From Eledone cirrhosa (lineage: Eukaryota), in NCBI GenBank assembly GCA_964016885.1, contig OZ024741.1:249116001-249180000 (forward strand): DNA of 64,000 bases, read 5' to 3'. Shown here piece by piece: positions 51,801 to 64,000 of the stretch. A model generated the notes under the pieces. That model did no database searches. It saw only the letters and a list, made by a program, of their open reading frames with translations, and was not told the origin of the DNA. Every line of letters begins with the position of its first letter. The first letter of the stretch is position 1. The translations under genes and the position numbers were made by a program.

Positions 51801-53290
51801 AGCCAGCCAAGGGGAGATAATTTGTAAAAAAATCAGGGGGGAGATAATTTGTAAAAAAAATCAGGGGGAGATAATTTGAAAAAAAAATCAGGGGGAGATA
51901 ATTTGTAAAAAATATCAAGGGGAGATAATTTCCAGCCCTCCAAGGGGCTATAATTTCCAGCCGTGCAAGGGGAGATAATTTCCAGCCGTCCAAGGGGAGA
52001 TAATTTCCCGCCAGCCAAGGAGAGATAACATTTAAAAAAATCAGGCGGAGATAATTTGTAAAAAAAATCAGGGGGAGATAATTTGTAAAAAAATCAGGGG
52101 GAGATAATTTGTAAAAAAAAAATCAGGGGGTGATAATTTGTAAAAAAAATCAGGGGGAGATAATTTGTAAAAAAAATCAGGGGTAGATAATTTGTAAAAA
52201 AAATCAGGGGGAGATAATTTGTAAAAAAAATCAGGGGGAGATAATTTGTAAAAAAAATCAGGGGTAGATAATTTCCAGCCGTCCAAGGGGAGATAATTTC
52301 CATCCTTCCAAGGGGAGATAATTTCCAGCCGTCCAAGGGGAGATAATTTCCCGCCAGCCAAGGAGAGATAACATTTAAAAAAATCAGGCGGAGATAATTT
52401 GTGAAAAAAATCAGGGGGAGATAATTTGTAAAAAAATCAGGGGGAGATAATTTGTAAAAAAAATCAGGGGTAGATAATTTCCAGCCGTCCAAGGGGAGAT
52501 AATTTCCATCCTTCCAAGGGGAGATAATTTCCAGCCGTCCAAGGGGAGATAATTTCCCGCCAACCAAGGAGAGATAATATTTAAAAAAATCAGGCGGAGA
52601 TAATTTGTAAAAAAAATCAGGGGGAGATAATTTGTAAAAAAAAATCAGGGGAGATAATTTGTAAAAAAAATCAGGGGGAGATAATTTGTAAAAAAAAATC
52701 AGGGGTAGATAATTTGTAAAAAAAAATCAGGGGGAGATAATTTGTAAAAAAAAAATCAGGGGGAGATAATTTGTAAAAAATTCAAGGGGAGATAATTTCC
52801 AGCCGTCCAAGGGGAGATAATTTTCAGCCGTCCAAGGAGGTAATTTCTAGCCGTCCAAGGGGAGATAATTTCCAGCCGTCCAAGGGGAGATAATTTTTTT
52901 AAAAAAATCAGGCGGAGATAATTTGTAAACAAAAATCAGGGGGAGATAATTTGTAAAAAAAAATCAGGGGGAGATAATTTGTAAAAAAAAATCAGGGGGA
53001 GATAATTTGTAAAAAAATCAAGGGGAGATAATTTCCAGCCGTCCAAGGGGAGGTAATATCTAGCCATCCAAGGGGAGATAATTTCCAGCCGTCCAAGGGG
53101 AGATAATTTCCAGCCGTCCAAGGGGAGATAATATCCAGCCGTCCAAGGAGACATATTTTCCAGCCGTCCAAGGAGAGGTAATTTCTAGCCGTCCAAGGGG
53201 AGATAAGTTCCAGCCTCCAAGGGGAGATAATTTCCAGCCAGCCAAGGGGAGATAATTTGTAAAAAATTCAGGGGGAGATAATTTGTAAAA
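48870..53290. repeat. Partial tandem duplication, period ~2.7 kb
   Basis: ORF offsets 2666 (48959/51625, 49402/52068) and 2693 (50243/52936). Confidence 0.75.
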
Positions 53291-56200
53291 AAAAAATCAG
53301 GGGGAGATAATTTGTAAAAAAATCAGGGGGAGATAATTTGTAAAAAAAATCAGGGGGAGATAATTTGTAAAAAAAATCAGGGGTAGATAATTTGTAAAAA
53401 AAAATCAGGGGGAGATAATTTGTAAAAAAAAAATCAGGGGGAGATAATTTGTAAAAAAATCAAGGGGAGATAATTTCCAGCCGTCCAAGGGGAGATAATT
53501 TTCAGCCGTCCAAGGATAGGTAATTTCTAGCCGTCCAAGGGGAGATAATTTCCAGCCGTCCAAGGGGAGATAATTTTTTTTAAAAAATCAGGCGGAGATA
53601 ATTTGTAAACAAAAATCAGGGGGAGATAATTTGTAAAAAAAAATCAGGGGGAGATAATTTGTAAAAAAAAATCAGGGGGAGATAATTTGTAAAAAAAAAT
53701 CAGGGGAGATAATTTGTAAAAAAAATCAGGGGGAGATAATTTGTAAAAAAAAATCAGGGGTAGATAATTTGTAAAAAAAAATCAGGGGGAGATAATTTGT
53801 AAAAAAAAAATCAGGGGGAGATAATTTGTAAAAAATTCAAGGGGAGATAATTTCCAGCCGTCCAAGGGGAGATAATTTTCAGCCGTCCAAGGAGGTAATT
53901 TCTAGCCGTCCAAGGGGAGATAATTTCCAGCCGTCCAAGGGGAGATAATTTTTTTTAAAAAATCAGGCGGAGATAATTTGTAAACAAAAATCAGGGGGAG
54001 ATAATTTGTAAAAAAAAATCAGGGGGAGATAATTTGTAAAAAAAAATCAGGGGGAGATAATTTGTAAAAAAATCAAGGGGAGATAATTTCCAGCCGTCCA
54101 AGGGGAGGTAATATCTAGCCATCCAAGGGGAGATAATTTCCAGGCGTCCAAGGGGAGATAATTTCCAGCCGTCCAAGGGGAGATAATATCCAGCCGTCCA
54201 AGGAGACATATTTTCCAGCCGTCCAAGGAGAGGTAATTTCTAGCCGTCCAAGGGGAGATAAGTTCCAGCCTCCAAGGGGAGATAATTTCCAGCCAGCGAA
54301 GGGGAGATAATTTGTAAAAAAATCAGGGGGAGATAATTTGTAAAAAAAAATCAGGGGGAGATAATTTGTAAAAAAATCAGGGGGAGATAATTTGTAAAAA
54401 AAAAATCAGGGGGAGATAATTTGTAAAAAAAATCAGGGGGAGATAATTTGTAGAAAAAATCAGGGGTAGATAATTTGTAAAAAAAATCAGGGGGAGATAA
54501 TTTGTAAAAAAAATCAGGGGGAGATAATTTGTAAAAAAAATCAGGGGTAGATAATTTTCAGCCGTCCAAGGGGAGATAATTTCCATCCTTCCAAGGGGAG
54601 ATAATTTCCAGCCGTCCAAGGGGAGATAATTTCCCGCCAGCCAAGGAGAGATAACATTTTAAAAAATCAGGCGGAGATAATTTGTAAAAAAAATCAGGGG
54701 GAGATAATTTGTAAAAAAATCAGGGGGAGATAATTTGTAAAAAAAATCAGGGGTAGATAATTTCCAGCCGTCCAAGGGGAGATAATTTCCATCCTTCCAA
54801 GGGGAGATAATTTCCAGCCGTCCAAGGGGAGATAATTTCCCGCCAGCCAAGGAGAGATAACATTTAAAAAAATCAGGCGGAGATAATTTGTGAAAAAAAT
54901 CAGGGGGAGATAATTTGTAAAAAAATCAGGGGGAGATAATTTGTAAAAAAAATCAGGGGTAGATAATTTCCAGCCGTCCAAGGGGAGATAATTTCCATCC
55001 TTCCAAGGGGAGATAATTTCCAGCCGTCCAAGGGGAGATAATTTCCCGCCAGCCAAGGAGAGATAATATTTAAAAAAATCAGGCGGAGATAATTTGTAAA
55101 AAAAATCAGGGGGAGATAATTTGTAAAAAAAAATCAGGGGAGATAATTTGTAAAAAAAATCAGGGGGAGATAATTTGTAAAAAAAAATCAGGGATAGATA
55201 ATTTGTAAAAAAAAATCAGGGGGAGATAATTTGTAAAAAAAAAATCAGGGGGAGATAATTTGTAAAAAATTCAAGGGGAGATAATTTCCAGCCGTCCAAG
55301 GGGAGATAATTTTCAGCCGTCCAAGGAGGTAATTTCTAGCCGTCCAAGGGGAGATAATTTCCAGCCGTCCAAGGGGAGATAATTTTTAAAAAAAAATCAG
55401 GCGGAGATAATTTGTAAACAAAAATCAGAGGGAGATAATTTTTAAAAAAAAATCAGGGGGAGATAATTTGTAAAAAAAAATCAGGGGGAGATAATTTGTA
55501 AAAAAAATCAACGGGAGATAATTTCCAGCCGTCCAAGGGGAGGTAATATCTAGCCATCCAAGGGGAGATAATTTCCAGCCGTCCAAGGGGAGATAATTTC
55601 CAGCCGTCCAAGGGGAGATAATATCCAGCCGTCCAAGGAGACATATTTTCCAGCCGTCCAAGGAGAGGTAATTTCTAGCCGTCCAAGGGGAGATAAGTTC
55701 CAGCCTCCAAGGGGAGATAATTTCCAGCCAGCCAAGGGGAGATAATTTGTAAAAAAATCAGGGGGGAGATAATTTGTAAAAAAAATCAGGGGAGATAATT
55801 TGAAAAAAAAATCAGGGGGAGATAATTTGTAAACAATATCAAGGGGAGATAATTTCCAGCCCTCCAAGGGGCTATAATTTCCAGCCGTGCAAGGGGAGAT
55901 AATTTCCAGCCGTCCAAGGGGAGATAATTTCCATCCTTCCAAGGGGAGATAATTTCCAGCCGTCCAAGGGGAGATAATTTCCCGCCAGCCAAGGGAAGAT
56001 AATTTTTTAAAAAATCAGGCGGAGATTGTAAAAAAAATCAGGGGGAGATAATTTGTAAAAAAATCAGGGGGAGATAATTTGTAAAAAAAAAATCAGGGGG
56101 AGATAATTTGTAAAAAAAAATCAGGGGGAGATAATTTGTAAAAAAAATCAGGGGGAGATAATTTGTAAAAAAAATCAGGGGTAGATAATTTGTAAAAAAA

Positions 56201-59200
56201 ATCAGGGGGAGATAATTTGTAAAAAAAATCAGGGGTAGATAATTTTCAGCCGTCCAAGGGGAGATAATTTCCATCCTTCCAAGGGGAGATAATTTCCAGC
56301 CGTCCAAGGGGAGATAATTTCCCGCCAGCCAAGGAGAGATAACATTTAAAAAAATCAGGCGGAGATAATTTGTAAAAAAATCAGGGGGAGATAATTTGTA
56401 AAAAAGATCAGGGGTAGATAATTTCCATCCTTCCAAGGGGAGATAATTTCCAGCCGTCCAAGGGGAGATAATTTCCCGCCAGCCAAGGAGAGATAATATT
56501 TTAAAAAATCAGGCGGAGATAATTTGTAAACAAAAATCAGGGGGAGATAATTTGTAAAAAAAAATCAGGGGGAGATAATTTGTAAAAAAAAATCAGGGGG
56601 AGATAATTTGTAAAAAAATCAAGGGGAGATAATTTCCAGCCGTCCAAGGGGAGGTAATATCTAGCCATCCAAGGGGAGATAATTTCCAGCCGTCCAAGGG
56701 GAGATAATTTCCAGCCGTCCAAGGGGAGATAATATCCAGCCGTCCAAGGAGACATATTTTCCAGCCGTCCAAGGAGAGGTAATTTCTAGCCGTCCAAGGG
56801 GAGATAAGTTCCAGCCTCCAAGGGGAGATAATTTCCAGCCAGCCAAGGGGAGATAATTTGTAAAAAAATCAGGGGGAGATAATTTGTAAAAAAAAAATCA
56901 GGGGGAGATAATTTGTAAAAAAATCAGGGGGAGATAATTTGTAAAAAAAAAATCAGGGGGAGATAATTTGTAAAAAAAATCAGGGGGAGATAATTTGTAG
57001 AAAAAATCAGGGGTAGATAATTTGTAAAAAAATCAGGGGGAGATAATTTGTAAAAAAAATCAGGGGGAGATAATTTGTAAAAAAAATCAGGGGTAGATAA
57101 TTTCCAGCCGTCCAAGGGGAGATAATTTCCATCCTTCCAAGGGGAGATAATTTCCAGCCGTCCAAGGGGAGATAATTTCCCGCCAGCCAAGGAGAGATAA
57201 TATTTAAAAAAATCAGGCGGAGATAATTTGTAAAAAAAATCAGGGGGAGATAATTTGTAAAAAAAAATCAGGGGAGATAATTTGTAAAAAAAATCAGGGG
57301 GAGATAATTTGTAAAAAAAAATCAGGGGTAGATAATTTGTAAAAAAAAATCAGGGGGAGATAATTTGTAAAAAAAAAATCAGGGGGAGATAATTTGTAAA
57401 AAATTCAAGGGGAGATAATTTCCAGCCGTCCAAGGGGAGATAATTTTCAGCCGTCCAAGGAGGTAATTTCTAGCCGTCCAAGGGGAGATAATTTCCAGCC
57501 GTCCAAGGGGAGATAATTTTTTTAAAAAAATCAGGCGGAGATAATTTGTAAACAAAAATCAGGGGGAGATAATTTGTAAAAAAAAATCAGGGGGAGATAA
57601 TTTGTAAAAAAAAATCAGGGGGAGATAATTTGTAAAAAAATCAAGGGGAGATAATTTCCAGCCGTCCAAGGGGAGGTAATATCTAGCCATCCAAGGGGAG
57701 ATAATTTCCAGCCGTCCAAGGGGAGATAATTTCCAGCCGTCCAAGGGGAGATAATATCCAGCCGTCCAAGGAGACATATTTTCCAGCCGTCCAAGGAGAG
57801 GTAATTTCTAGCCGTCCAAGGGGAGATAAGTTCCAGCCTCCAAGGGGAGATAATTTCCAGCCAGCCAAGGGGAGATAATTTGTAAAAAAATCAGGGGGAG
57901 ATAATTTGTAAAAAAAAAATCAGGGGGAGATAATTTGTAAAAAAATCAGGGGGAGATAATTTGTAAAAAAAATCAGGGGGAGATAATTTGTAAAAAAAAT
58001 CAGGGGTAGATAATTTGTAAAAAAAAATCAGGGGGAGATAATTTGTAAAAAAAAAATCAGGGGGAGATAATTTGTAAAAAAATCAAGGGGAGATAATTTC
58101 CAGCCGTCCAAGGGGAGATAATTTTCAGCCGTCCAAGGAGAGGTAATTTCTAGCCGTCCAAGGGGAGATAATTTCCAGCCGTCCAAGGGGAGATAATTTT
58201 TTTTAAAAAATCAGGCGGAGATAATTTGTAAACAAAAATCAGGGGGAGATAATTTGTAAAAAAAAATCAGGGGGAGATAATTTGTAAAAAAAAATCAGGG
58301 GGAGATAATTTGTAAAAAAAAAATCAGGGGAGATAATTTGTAAAAAAAATCAGGGGGAGATAATTTGTAAAAAAAAATCAGGGGTAGATAATTTGTAAAA
58401 AAAAATCAGGGGGAGATAATTTGTAAAAAAAAAATCAGGGGGAGATAATTTGTAAAAAATTCAAGGGGAGATAATTTCCAGCCGTCCAAGGGGAGATAAT
58501 TTTCAGCCGTCCAAGGAGGTAATTTCTAGCCGTCCAAGGGGAGATAATTTCCAGCCGTCCAAGGGGAGATAATTTTTTTTAAAAAATCAGGCGGAGATAA
58601 TTTGTAAACAAAAATCAGGGGGAGATAATTTGTAAAAAAAAATCAGGGGGAGATAATTTGTAAAAAAAAATCAGGGGGAGATAATTTGTAAAAAAATCAA
58701 GGGGAGATAATTTCCAGCCGTCCAAGGGGAGATAATTTTCAGCCGTCCAAGGAGAGGTAATTTCTAGCCGTCCAAGGGGAGATAATTTCCAGCCGTCCAA
58801 GGGGAGATAATTTTTTTTAAAAAATCAGGCGGAGATAATTTGTAAACAAAAATCAGGGGGAGATAATTTGTAAAAAAAAATCAGGGGGAGATAATTTGTA
58901 AAAAAAAATCAGGGGGAGATAATTTGTAAAAAAAAAATCAGGGGAGATAATTTGTAAAAAAAATCAGGGGGAGATAATTTGTAAAAAAAAATCAGGGGTA
59001 GATAATTTGTAAAAAAAAATCAGGGGGAGATAATTTGTAAAAAAAAAATCAGGGGGAGATAATTTGTAAAAAATTCAAGGGGAGATAATTTCCAGCCGTC
59101 CAAGGGGAGATAATTTTCAGCCGTCCAAGGAGGTAATTTCTAGCCGTCCAAGGGGAGATAATTTCCAGCCGTCCAAGGGGAGATAATTTTTTTTAAAAAA

Positions 59201-61670
59201 TCAGGCGGAGATAATTTGTAAACAAAAATCAGGGGGAGATAATTTGTAAAAAAAAATCAGGGGGAGATAATTTGTAAAAAAAAATCAGGGGGAGATAATT
59301 TGTAAAAAAATCAAGGGGAGATAATTTCCAGCCGTCCAAGGGGAGGTAATATCTAGCCATCCAAGGGGAGATAATTTCCAGCCGTCCAAGGGGAGATAAT
59401 TTCCAGCCGTCCAAGGGGAGATAATATCCAGCCGTCCAAGGAGACATATTTTCCAGCCGTCCAAGGAGAGGTAATTTCTAGCCGTCCAAGGGGAGATAAG
59501 TTCCAGCCTCCAAGGGGAGATAATTTCCAGCCAGCCAAGGGGAGATAATTTGTAAAAAAATCAGGGGGAGATAATTTGTAAAAAAAAATCAGGGGGAGAT
59601 AATTTGTAAAAAAATCAGGGGGAGATAATTTGTAAAAAAAAAATCAGGGGGAGATAATTTGTAAAAAAAATCAGGGGGAGATAATTTGTAGAAAAAATCA
59701 GGGGTAGATAATTTGTAAAAAAAATCAGGGGGAGATAATTTGTAAAAAAAATCAGGGGGAGATAATTTGTAAAAAAAATCAGGGGTAGATAATTTTCAGC
59801 CGTCCAAGGGGAGATAATTTCCATCCTTCCAAGGGGAGATAATTTCCAGCCGTCCAAGGGGAGATAATTTCCCGCCAGCCAAGGAGAGATAACATTTTAA
59901 AAAATCAGGCGGAGATAATTTGTAAAAAAAATTAGGGGGAGATAATTTGTAAAAAAATCAGGGGGAGATAATTTGTCAAAAAAATCAGGGGTAGATAATT
60001 TCCAGCCGTCCAAGGGGAGATAATTTCCATCCTTCCAAGGGGAGATAATTTCCAGCCGTCCAAGGGGAGATAATTTCCCGCCAGCCAAGGAGAGATAACA
60101 TTTAAAAAAATCAGGCGGAGATAATTTGTGAAAAAAATCAGGGGGAGATAATTTGTAAAAAAATCAGGGGGAGATAATTTGTAAAAAAAATCAGGGGTAG
60201 ATAATTTCCAGCCGTCCAAGGGGAGATAATTTCCATCCTTCCAAGGGGAGATAATTTCCAGCCGTCCAAGGGGAGATAATTTCCCGCCAGCCAAGGAGAG
60301 ATAATATTTAAAAAAATCAGGCGGAGATAATTTGTAAAAAAAATCAGGGGGAGATAATTTGTAAAAAAAAATCAGGGGAGATAATTTGTAAAAAAAATCA
60401 GGGGGAGATAATTTGTAAAAAAAAATCAGGGGTAGATAATTTGTAAAAAAAAATCAGGGGGAGATAATTTGTAAAAAAAAAATCAGGGGGAGATAATTTG
60501 TAAAAAATTCAAGGGGAGATAATTTCCAGCCGTCCAAGGGGAGATAATTTTCAGCCGTCCAAGGAGGTAATTTCTAGCCGTCCAAGGGGAGATAATTTCC
60601 AGCCGTCCAAGGGGAGATAATTTTTAAAAAAAAATCAGGCGGAGATAATTTGTAAACAAAAATCAGAGGGAGATAATTTTTAAAAAAAAATCAGGGGGAG
60701 ATAATTTGTAAAAAAAAATCAGGGGGAGATAATTTGTAAAAAAAATCAACGGGAGATAATTTCCAGCCGTCCAAGGGGAGGTAATATCTAGCCATCCAAG
60801 GGGAGATAATTTCCAGCCGTCCAAGGGGAGATAATTTCCAGCCGTCCAAGGGGAGATAATATCCAGCCGTCCAAGGAGACATATTTTCCAGCCGTCCAAG
60901 GAGAGGTAATTTCTAGCCGTCCAAGGGGAGATAAGTTCCAGCCTCCAAGGGGAGATAATTTCCAGCCAGCCAAGGGGAGATAATTTGTAAAAAAATCAGG
61001 GGGGAGATAATTTGTAAAAAAAATCAGGGGAGATAATTTGAAAAAAAAATCAGGGGGAGATAATTTGTAAACAATATCAAGGGGAGATAATTTCCAGCCC
61101 TCCAAGGGGCTATAATTTCCAGCCGTGCAAGGGGAGATAATTTCCAGCCGTCCAAGGGGAGATAATTTCCATCCTTCCAAGGGGAGATAATTTCCAGCCG
61201 TCCAAGGGGAGATAATTTCCCGCCAGCCAAGGGAAGATAATTTTTTAAAAAATCAGGCGGAGATTGTAAAAAAAATCAGGGGGAGATAATTTGTAAAAAA
61301 ATCAGGGGGAGATAATTTGTAAAAAAAAAATCAGGGGGAGATAATTTGTAAAAAAAAATCAGGGGGAGATAATTTGTAAAAAAAATCAGGGGGAGATAAT
61401 TTGTAAAAAAAATCAGGGGTAGATAATTTGTAAAAAAAATCAGGGGGAGATAATTTGTAAAAAAAATCAGGGGTAGATAATTTTCAGCCGTCCAAGGGGA
61501 GATAATTTCCATCCTTCCAAGGGGAGATAATTTCCAGCCGTCCAAGGGGAGATAATTTCCCGCCAGCCAAGGAGAGATAACATTTAAAAAAATCAGGCGG
61601 AGATAATTTGTAAAAAAATCAGGGGGAGATAATTTGTAAAAAAGATCAGGGGTAGATAATTTCCAGCCGT
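52450..61670. repeat. Duplication with period ~4.6-5.2 kb
   Basis: Offsets 4623 (52936/57559) then 5238 (53991/59229 through 56038/61276). Private variants TCAACGGG (~55509/60747), TCAGAGGG, AAACAATATC and AAAAGATC are shared. Confidence 0.88.
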
Positions 61671-64000
61671 CCAAGGGGAGATAATTTCCATCCTTCCAAG
61701 GGGAGATAATTTCCAGCCGTCCAAGGGGAGATAATTTCCCGCCAGCCAAGGAGAGATAATATTTTAAAAAATCAGGCGGAGATAATTTGTAAAAAAAATC
61801 AGGGGGAGATAATTTGTAAAAAAATCAGGGGGAGATAATTTGTAAAAAAAAATCAGGGGGAGATAATTTGTAAAAAAAAATCAGGGGGAGATAATTTGTA
61901 AAAAAAAATCAGGGGTAGATAATTTGTAAAAAAAAATCAGGGGGAGATAATTTGTAAAAAAAAATCAGGGGGAGATAATTTGTAAAAAAATCAAGGGGAG
62001 ATAATTTCCAGCCGTCCAAGGGGAGATAATTTTCAGCCGTCCAAGGAGAGGTAATTTCTAGCCGTCCAAGGGGAGATAATTTCCAGCCGTCCAAGGGGAG
62101 ATAATTTTTTTAAAAAAATCAGGCGGAGATAATTTGTAAACAAAAATCAGGGGGAGATAATTTGTAAAAAAAAATCAGGGGGAGATAATTTGTAAAAAAA
62201 AATCAGGGGGAGATAATTTGTAAAAAAAATCAAGGGGAGATAATTTGTAAAAAAAAATCAGGGGTAGATAATTTGTAAAAAAAAATCAGGGGGAGATAAT
62301 TTGTAAAAAAAAAATCAGGGGGAGATAATTTGTAAAAAAATCAAGGGGAGATAATTTCCAGCCGTCCAAGGGGAGATAATTTTCAGCCGTCCAAGGAGAG
62401 GTAATTTCTAGCCGTCCAAGGGAAGATAATTTCCAGCCAGCCAAGGGGAGATAATTTGTAAAAAAATCAGGGGTAGATAATTTGTAAAAAAAAATCAGGG
62501 GGAGATAATTTGTAAAAAAAATCAGGGGGAGATAATTTGTAAAAAAAATCAGGGGTAGATAATTTCCAGCCGTCCAAGGGGAGATAATTTCCATCCTTCC
62601 AAGGGGAGATAATTTCCAGCCGTCCAAGGGGAGATAATTTCCCGCCAGCCAAGGAGAGATAACATTTAAAAAAATCAGGCGGAGATAATTTGTAAAAAAA
62701 ATCAGGGGGAGATAATTTGTAAAAAAATCAGGGGGAGATAATTTGCAAAAAAAATCAGGGGTAGATAATTTCCAGCCGTCCAAGGGGAGATAATTTCCAT
62801 CCTTCCAAGGGGAGATAATTTCCAGCCGTCCAAGGGGAGATAATTTCCCGCCAGCCAAGGAGAGATAATATTTAAAAAAATCAGGCGGAGATAATTTGTA
62901 AAAAAAATCAGGGGGAGATAATTTGTAAAAAAATCAGGGGGAGATAATTTGTAAAAAAAAATCAGGGGAGATAATTTGTAAAAAAAATCAGGGGTAGATA
63001 ATTTGTAAAAAAAAATCAGGGGGAGATAATTTGTAAAAAAAAAATCAGGGGGAGATAATTTGTAAAAAAATCAAGGGGAGATAATTTCCAGCCGTCCAAG
63101 GGGAGATAATTTTCAGCCGTCCAAGGAGGTAATTTCTAGCCGTCCAAGGGGAGATAATTTCCAGCCGTCCAAGGGGAGATAATTTTTTTAAAAAAATCAG
63201 GCGGAGATAATTTGTAAACAAAAATCAGGGGGAGATAATTTGTAAAAAAAAATCAGGGGGAGATAATTTGTAAAAAAAAATCATGGGGAGATAATTTGTA
63301 AAAAAAATCAAGGGGAGATAATTTCCAGCCGTCCAAGGGTAGGTAATATCTAGCCATCCAAGGGGAGATAATTTCCAGCCGTCCAAGGGGAGATAATTTC
63401 CAGCCGTCCAAGGGGAGATAATATCCAGCCGTCCAAGGAGATATATTTTCCAGCCGTCCAAGGAGAGGTAATTTTAGCCGTCCAAGGGGAGATAAGTTCC
63501 AGCCTCCAAGGGGAGATAATTTCCAGCCAGCCAAGGGGAGATAATTTGTAAAAAAATCAGGGGGAGATAATTTGTAAAAAAAAAATCAGGGGGAGATAAT
63601 TTGTAAAAAAATCAGGGGGAGATAATTTGTAAAAAAAAAATCAGGGGGAGATAATTTGTAAAAAAAATCAGGGGGAGATAATTTGTAAAAAAAATCAGGG
63701 GTAGATAATTTGTAAAAAAAATCAGGGGGAGATAATTTGTAAAAAAAATCAGGAGGAGATAATTTGTAAAAAAAATCAGGGGTAGATAATTTTCAGCCAT
63801 CCAAGGGGAGATAATTTCCATCCTTCCAAGGGGAGATAATTTCCAGCCGTCCAAGGGGAGATAATTTCCCGCCAGCCAAGGACAGATAACATTTAAAAAA
63901 ATCAGGCGGGGATAATTTGTAAAAAAAATCAGGGGGAGATAATTTGTAAAAAAATCAGGTGGAGATAATTTGTAAAAAAAATCAGGGGTAGATAATTTCT

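Larger units (their letters stand above)
1..64000. repeat. Tandem satellite DNA array of two related monomers (A 26-29 bp, B 25 bp), roughly 2,400 monomers, head-to-tail
   Basis: The core GGGGAGATAATTT or a close variant recurs every ~23-30 bp from base 1 to 64000. No non-repeat sequence or orientation switch seen. The monomer number is an estimate (64000/~26). Confidence 0.99.

Noticed and set aside
127-63854. All ORFs in the six-frame track as protein-coding genes
   Set aside because: They are direct translations of the satellite monomers in overlapping frames. Most start at TTG, homopolymer length changes break the frame constantly, and there are no recognisable domains.
1-64000. CRISPR array (constant repeat plus spacer)
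   Set aside because: The core is only 13 bp, and the spacers are ~12-16 bp of just two recurring classes rather than unique. No leader or cas genes are present.
1-64000. Shine-Dalgarno-like GGGGAG/AGGAGG motifs
   Set aside because: They are part of the repeat core, with TAA immediately downstream and no plus-strand ORFs in the track.
1-64000. Plasmid or phage iteron origin, or Borg-type tandem repeats
   Set aside because: Those are short arrays next to genes. 64 kb of gene-free HOR sequence does not fit.
1-64000. Whole window as a sequencing or assembly artefact
   Set aside because: Position-specific variants, linked haplotypes and reproducible homopolymer lengths look biological. Individual large duplications still need read support.

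Overview
The whole 64 kb window is one uninterrupted, single-orientation tandem satellite array that runs off both ends. I find no credible genes, RNA genes, transposons or unique sequence. Two monomers share the 13-bp core GGGGAGATAATTT. Type A is TCAGGGGGAGATAATTTGT(A)7-10 (26-29 bp). Type B is CCAAGGGGAGATAATTTCCAGCCGT (25 bp). They alternate in blocks that form a ~1.25 kb, 48-monomer higher-order repeat (HOR): A9-B4-A5-B9-A9-B4-A4-B4. An alternative branch of the HOR carries two further B cassettes. On top of this lie recent duplications with offsets of about 0.7, 2.1, 2.7, 4.6-5.2, 5.0, 5.6-5.8, 12.8-14.2 and 17.5 kb, traceable by private variants. All listed ORFs are read-throughs of the repeat on the minus strand. 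The architecture resembles eukaryotic centromeric or heterochromatic satellite, but organism and function cannot be established from the sequence, and I do not recognise the family. Duplication boundaries and counts are by eye and approximate. Offsets come from marker positions and the ORF track.
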